Source: Parvicellaceae bacterium (lineage in GTDB: Bacteria > Bacteroidota > Bacteroidia > Flavobacteriales_D > Parvicellaceae). Taken from it: a DNA stretch of 64,000 nt. The position numbers were made by a program, and so were the translations under genes. Below the pieces are notes generated by a model. The model did no database searches and was not told where the DNA came from. It saw only the letters and a list, made by a program, of their open reading frames with translations. Positions 59,017 through 64,000 of this stretch are shown piece after piece (positions within the stretch are counted from its first letter, which is position 1; the number at the start of each line of letters is the position of its first letter). The DNA is taken from NCBI GenBank assembly GCA_045561415.1, contig JBJKXU010000038.1, positions 3,003 to 67,002 of the forward strand, read 5' to 3'.

Positions 59017-60308
59017 TATTTAGTTATATCATTTAACATGTTACTAAGACGCATTGTTAATGCTTCTCTTGAATAATTTTCTATCGAAGGTTCATTTACT
59101 TGCTTTTTATAAAAAACATCAAGTATTGACACTTTCATTTTTTTTATATCATCAAAATCACAAGTAACACCAGCATTACATTTTGACACTATTTCAGCAA
59201 CATCACCGTCAGATGGACCGATAACCAAGGTTGGTCTATTGGAAGCCATATACTCAAATATTTTACCTGTCACTATACCTTTTGCATTAGGTGTATTATT
59301 CACCATTAACAACAATAGATGGGAACTCATCTGCTGATTAATCACTAAATCATGAGATAAATAAGGAATATGGTTGACAAAAGAGGCTAAATCGTATTTT
59401 TTTAAACTTTCAGTCACTGAATAATCTATCTTACCGATCAGCTTCAATTCCAATTTGTTGGAGAAAAAATCATCTTCTTTAACTAACTCACTTAAAGCTT
59501 TCCAAAGAGTTTCGTTATTTCTTGATGGACTAAATGTGCCAATATGGGCAATGGAAAATTTATCATCCAATTGGTTAATAAACCCTTTATTAAGATCACT
59601 TTTATCATAACCGTTTTCAACAACCTCCACTCTTTTTGCTCCAAGCTGACTCAGCTCAAGTGCTAAAGTTTTACCAACAGTCAAAATAATATCTGCCGAT
59701 GATAAAACTAATTTTTCTAAACTTTTATGTTTTCTATCAGCAAATTTTGAAAGCATAAGATCATTGTAAAAATCAATATTTGTCCAGGGGTCTCTGAAGT
59801 CTGCAATCCAAGGCAAATTATAATTTGCAGTAATTTTTTTGGCTATAAGATGTGTTGAATGTGGAGGACCAGAAGAAATAACAACGTCTATACTATTGTC
59901 CTTTAAATAAGAAGATAAAATTCTAGTTGATGGCTTAATCCAAAATTTACGGGCATCAGGAATGAAAAAATTCCCCCTTACCCAAACACTTAGTCTTTCT
60001 AAAAAGAAAGCTTTTTTTCTTTCCTTTAAAAAACCAGCATTAATTAATTCATCTTTTTTTCTTCCAGTAAATTTTTTATAAAAACTATAAGGCTCCCATA
60101 TTTTACTTTTTATGACTTCAATACCATCAGGAATATCATTTTCAAGTGACTCATCAATTGATGGATATTCTCCATTATCAACGGTAAAAATAACTGGCTC
60201 CCATCCATACTTAGGAAGATATTTGACAAATTTTAACCAACGTTGCACTCCGGCACCACCAGAGGGTGGCCAGTAATACGTTATAATTAAAACTTTTTTT
60301 TTAGTCAT
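59016..60308 (-). CDS. Family 4 (GT-B) glycosyltransferase
   Basis: The ATG at 60308 gives MTKKKVLIITYYWPPSGGAGVQRW. The C-terminal region ...GKIFEYMASNRPTLVIGP... is typical of GT4. There is an 8-nt overlap with the YfhO gene. Confidence 0.75.
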   Translation of the reverse strand: MTKKKVLIITYYWPPSGGAGVQRWLKFVKYLPKYGWEPVIFTVDNGEYPSIDESLENDIPDGIEVIKSKIWEPYSFYKKFTGRKKDELINAGFLKERKKAFFLERLSVWVRGNFFIPDARKFWIKPSTRILSSYLKDNSIDVVISSGPPHSTHLIAKKITANYNLPWIADFRDPWTNIDFYNDLMLSKFADRKHKSLEKLVLSSADIILTVGKTLALELSQLGAKRVEVVENGYDKSDLNKGFINQLDDKFSIAHIGTFSPSRNNETLWKALSELVKEDDFFSNKLELKLIGKIDYSVTESLKKYDLASFVNHIPYLSHDLVINQQMSSHLLLLMVNNTPNAKGIVTGKIFEYMASNRPTLVIGPSDGDVAEIVSKCNAGVTCDFDDIKKMKVSILDVFYKKQVNEPSIENYSREALTMRLSNMLNDITK

Positions 60309-63129
60309 CTTTATTTTTAAAAACTGACAAATAGAAAAATCCAAAAACTAACAGCAGAATAGCAGTAGATGATGTCAATGCCACAGCAGATAAACTTTTA
60401 AATGACTCAAGCTCGTAATACAATTCAATTTTCTTGGCTCCACCAGGAATTTTCAACCCTCTTAACGTATAATTAACTCTATTTATTTCCATTTCTTTAT
60501 CATCTACCTTAGCCTTCCAACCAAGTGAATAATAAACTTCAGAAAAAACCACAAAAAAGTTATCAGATGGATTTTTACTTTCTAATCCAGTAATCGAATA
60601 AGATATCTTATTTGCACTGTAGTCAGTCATTTGAACAATCAATGAACTATCATTAAGATATGATCCAACAATATTTTTATTAAACTCATAAGAAGTATCT
60701 GTAATTGCATAAGATGAAGGATCAAAACTTTTAAGGGCATTAAATTCTTGGTTAGGATTACTAAATCCTTTAACCTCACTAACAAACCATGCATTACCAA
60801 GCCTGTTATCATTTAATATTCCTGGCATCTGGGACTGTTGCTCTCTATTCATGGAATAAACATCTGTTATAGAATTAACAAAAGCACCACCACCATTAGC
60901 ATTTAGAATAATATATTTTGCATTAAGCATGTTTAAAATAGGAATATCCAATGTATTAAACTGACTAGCTTTATCAATTTCGTAAGGTAAAAGAGTATCT
61001 ATCAAATCTTGATATCGTTGAATTTTTGCTGAGTGATATCCTCCTAAAGACTTATGAAAATAGGATGTAGAAGTTTCTTGAAATACTCCTGAAGGTACAT
61101 TTAAAACTCGATAATTGGTGAGTCTATTTAGTTTCCCAAAAGTAATTCGATCAATTTCTCTTTGCGCTAAGGAAACATCACTAGCATTCGTCTTTTGATC
61201 TAAATAATCTTTAATTCGACTACCTAAATCAGGGTTTCTAATTATTTCATTGGTTAAAATAGATCGATCTGCAGCAGAAGCTATTAAGGGCATTAATTTC
61301 TCATCTTCTTTTTGCCAATGTTTATAATCTCTATTAACTCCTTCGTCATTATTTAAATACTCTCTAGCTATTGGCCACATATCCACTAAAAATAAAACAG
61401 CAATTACTACATAGAGTGAATTTGAAGGGATTTTACCATTAAAACAAAACAGCAAGACAACAAATGAAATGGCTATTAAAAGTAAAGACCTACCAGCAGA
61501 ACTAGAGACAACAGTCTGTCTGTACTGTTGTAAATCTATTTTTGCTTTTGGAACTAATGGAATAATCGATTGATTATAATAAGCTATTAATTGATCTTTT
61601 GTAACCTTATTTTCTTGTAAAAACTGATCATCTCTAGCTTGTTGGTCTCTTTGAGCAACAAAAGTTTGAGTATTAAATTGACCATTTAATTCTCTTTCAG
61701 AAAGCATATCAAAAAACAATGAAGGAAACAACGTGAACAATAAAAGAATAAAACCAAAAAATGATGATGAGAATAAAAACATCTTCTTGTTAGTAATAGA
61801 TGAATTATACCTGCCTAAAAAAGAAAATTTTTCTTCCCACCATGATCTATTTTTTAAAGCATCGTTTAACCATAAAAAGGCAACAACACAAAATGTTAGT
61901 TCTAATAGCACTAGTATAATAGTTACCGCTCTTAAGTTCTTATAAAGTGGTAAATAATTCCAAAAAATATCTGTAAACCATTCCATATTCTTTCCCCAAG
62001 AAAGAAATAGTGCAATTAGAGAAATAAACAGAATTGGCCATTTTAAATTGTTCTTCCAAAAAATCATACCAAGAAAAAACAGAAAACAAATAATTGCTCC
62101 AATGTATACAGGGCCTGAAGTTCCAGGTTGATTACCCCAGTATTCATTAATGCCTTGTAGCTGTAAAAACTGTTTTAAATCATCATATTTATCAACATTT
62201 TGAAAGTCTTCATTTTGAGCTAATGAAGCATCTCCTCCACCTTTTATATTAGGAATTAAAAAGGACCAAGACTCACCTTTCCCATAACTCCACATTAATG
62301 CTCTTGATTTGTAATTGTCATTAGACTTTTTTTCGAGCTGTTGTTCTGAGACTAATTCTGTTCCAGCCCTCTGGGAAAATTTAGAATATTCGTAAGTCCC
62401 ATATAAATTAGGAATAGAGGTTGAAATGGCAAAAAGTGAACCAATAGCTAAAAGACTAATTCTAGTAATTAGCGATTTATAATCTTTTTTTAATAGGTAT
62501 CTAATCATTTCATAAACAAAAACCACACCTAGAAATAAGAAAAGATAGTAGGTTACTTGCGGATGATTAGCGCCAATTTGTAATGCAACAAAAAGAGTAA
62601 AAATTGCAGTTCCTAAAAACTTCTTTCCTCTTAAAGCCATTAAAAAACCTCCTAAAGCTGGGGCCATGTAAGCCATAGCCATTGCTTTAGAATTATGTCC
62701 AACATCAATTATTATAAAGAAATAGGAACTAAATCCATATGCTATGGCACCCACTAATGCCAACCAAGGATTAACTCTAAGGCACAGTAGAAAAATATAA
62801 AAGCCCAACATGTAAAGAAAGAAAACATTTATAGGGTGAGGCAATCCTAATTGTATTGCAGAATTAACATGTCTAAGAAGGTTAGATTCATAAACAACAG
62901 AAATCTGAGTAGCAGGCATACCTCCAAACATAGAGTTAGTCCACAAAGGTTCAGAATCAAACTCATCACGAAAGTCTACAACCTCGTTAGACATTCCTTT
63001 GTGTTGTTGAATATCTGATTGAAATACTCTGTAATCACTAAGGGCTGGAGAAAAATAAACCATTGCAATTACAAGCAATGTTACAACAGCAATAACATGA
63101 GGGAGAAATCTCTTTAAATCAGTTTTCAT
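60301..63129 (-). CDS. YfhO-family (GT-C-like) large integral membrane protein
   Basis: The ATG at 63129 gives MKTDLKRF. DIQQHKGMSNEVVDFRDEFDSEPLWTNSMFGGMPATQI matches the Bacteroidota YfhO N-terminus. There are many TM helices and a large C-terminal extracytoplasmic domain ending in a final TM. Confidence 0.75.
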   Translation of the reverse strand: MKTDLKRFLPHVIAVVTLLVIAMVYFSPALSDYRVFQSDIQQHKGMSNEVVDFRDEFDSEPLWTNSMFGGMPATQISVVYESNLLRHVNSAIQLGLPHPINVFFLYMLGFYIFLLCLRVNPWLALVGAIAYGFSSYFFIIIDVGHNSKAMAMAYMAPALGGFLMALRGKKFLGTAIFTLFVALQIGANHPQVTYYLFLFLGVVFVYEMIRYLLKKDYKSLITRISLLAIGSLFAISTSIPNLYGTYEYSKFSQRAGTELVSEQQLEKKSNDNYKSRALMWSYGKGESWSFLIPNIKGGGDASLAQNEDFQNVDKYDDLKQFLQLQGINEYWGNQPGTSGPVYIGAIICFLFFLGMIFWKNNLKWPILFISLIALFLSWGKNMEWFTDIFWNYLPLYKNLRAVTIILVLLELTFCVVAFLWLNDALKNRSWWEEKFSFLGRYNSSITNKKMFLFSSSFFGFILLLFTLFPSLFFDMLSERELNGQFNTQTFVAQRDQQARDDQFLQENKVTKDQLIAYYNQSIIPLVPKAKIDLQQYRQTVVSSSAGRSLLLIAISFVVLLFCFNGKIPSNSLYVVIAVLFLVDMWPIAREYLNNDEGVNRDYKHWQKEDEKLMPLIASAADRSILTNEIIRNPDLGSRIKDYLDQKTNASDVSLAQREIDRITFGKLNRLTNYRVLNVPSGVFQETSTSYFHKSLGGYHSAKIQRYQDLIDTLLPYEIDKASQFNTLDIPILNMLNAKYIILNANGGGAFVNSITDVYSMNREQQSQMPGILNDNRLGNAWFVSEVKGFSNPNQEFNALKSFDPSSYAITDTSYEFNKNIVGSYLNDSSLIVQMTDYSANKISYSITGLESKNPSDNFFVVFSEVYYSLGWKAKVDDKEMEINRVNYTLRGLKIPGGAKKIELYYELESFKSLSAVALTSSTAILLLVFGFFYLSVFKNKDD

Positions 63130-63208
63130 TTTCTTTATAATTATATCATAAAGATAATAACTCAATTAAACTAATATATGAGATTATGATAATAAAATCT
63201 AAACCTAA

Positions 63209-64000
63209 TTATTTAGATAGATAAAGATTTCTTTCTGTATAAACTTTTCTAAAGAATGGATCTTTTAAATCTTTTATAAATCGAATAGCTTCACCTGTTG
63301 ATTTCATCTCAGGGCCCAATTCCTTATTTACATTTGGAAATTTATCGAAAGAAAACACAGGGATTTTAATTGCATAACCATTCTTCTTTGGAGAAAAATT
63401 AAAATCAGTAACTTTTTTCTTTCCTAGCATAACTTTAGTAGCATAATTAACATAAGGTTCATCATATGCTTTTGCGATAAATGGAACTGTTCTAGATGCT
63501 CTAGGATTAGCTTCAATAATATAGACAGTATCATTTTTTATTGCAAATTGAATATTAATTAACCCAACTGTATCAAGAGCTAGAGCAATTTTATGAGTAT
63601 ATTCTTCTATTTGTTGAATAATAAAATCTCCAAGATTATAAGGAGGTAAAACAGCATAAGAATCACCAGAATGAATACCTGCAGGTTCAATATGTTGCAT
63701 AATTCCAATAATATGAACATTTTCACCATCACAAATAGCATCTGCTTCAGCTTCAATAGCTCCAGAGAGGTAGTGATCTAAAAGAATCTTGTTATCCGGC
63801 ATATCTCTTAAAATGTCCACAACATGATGTTCCAATTCATCTTCATTTATCACTATTTTCATCTTTTGACCGCCTAAAACATAACTTGGACGAACTAAAA
63901 GTGGGAAACCTAAATCTTTTGAAAGCTCTAAAGCTTGTTCAGCACTTTCAACTACACCAAATTTTGGATAAGGAATATTATTATCTTTCAACAGTTTAGA
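63209..64000 (-). CDS. carB: Carbamoyl-phosphate synthase large subunit, C-terminal part (5' end outside window)
   Basis: The frame stays open to base 64000. Second ATP-grasp motifs are LVRPSYVLGGQKM, IEANPRASRTVPFIAKA and EMKSTGEA. Confidence 0.9.
   Translation of the reverse strand, partial: SKLLKDNNIPYPKFGVVESAEQALELSKDLGFPLLVRPSYVLGGQKMKIVINEDELEHHVVDILRDMPDNKILLDHYLSGAIEAEADAICDGENVHIIGIMQHIEPAGIHSGDSYAVLPPYNLGDFIIQQIEEYTHKIALALDTVGLINIQFAIKNDTVYIIEANPRASRTVPFIAKAYDEPYVNYATKVMLGKKKVTDFNFSPKKNGYAIKIPVFSFDKFPNVNKELGPEMKSTGEAIRFIKDLKDPFFRKVYTERNLYLSK

Overview
This is an AT-rich, very gene-dense chromosomal segment that looks like Bacteroidota, probably Flavobacteriia-like. Supporting signs are a T9SS C-terminal sorting domain, TTTG/TAnnTTTG-type promoter boxes, no obvious Shine-Dalgarno sequences, and several Bacteroidota-typical families (DUF1573, DUF3108, DUF4197, YfhO). 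I can support about 57 protein-coding genes, one tRNA-Glu(UUC), a few intrinsic terminators and one 54-bp coding tandem repeat. I saw no rRNA, CRISPR array, transposase, integrase or phage genes, and no recognisable defence island. Most content is housekeeping: purB, cinA, acnA, upp, rpsT, proS, lpxK, lpxH, gatB, gap, lipA, ung, ahcY, tgt, rsmE, rsmG and partial carB. The rest is mostly cell-envelope genes. Two genes (wecB-type epimerase and an LptF/LptG permease) are each split by a single-nucleotide frame disruption. Eight of nine convergent gene junctions are 4 nt apart or less, or overlap. I found no unambiguous new multi-gene system. The best candidates are: (1) a translationally coupled pair of an Asn/Tyr/Gly-rich repeat lipoprotein and a FadL/PorV-like barrel at 19903-22751; (2) an orphan SiaB/SiaC-like kinase-phosphoprotein pair at 9811-10769; (3) an M1 peptidase apparently fused to an Omp85-like barrel at 30427-33489; (4) a YfhO-GT4-flippase operon at 57463-63129. 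All family calls come from motif recognition by eye, with no searches run, so they are hypotheses to confirm with HMM or structure tools.
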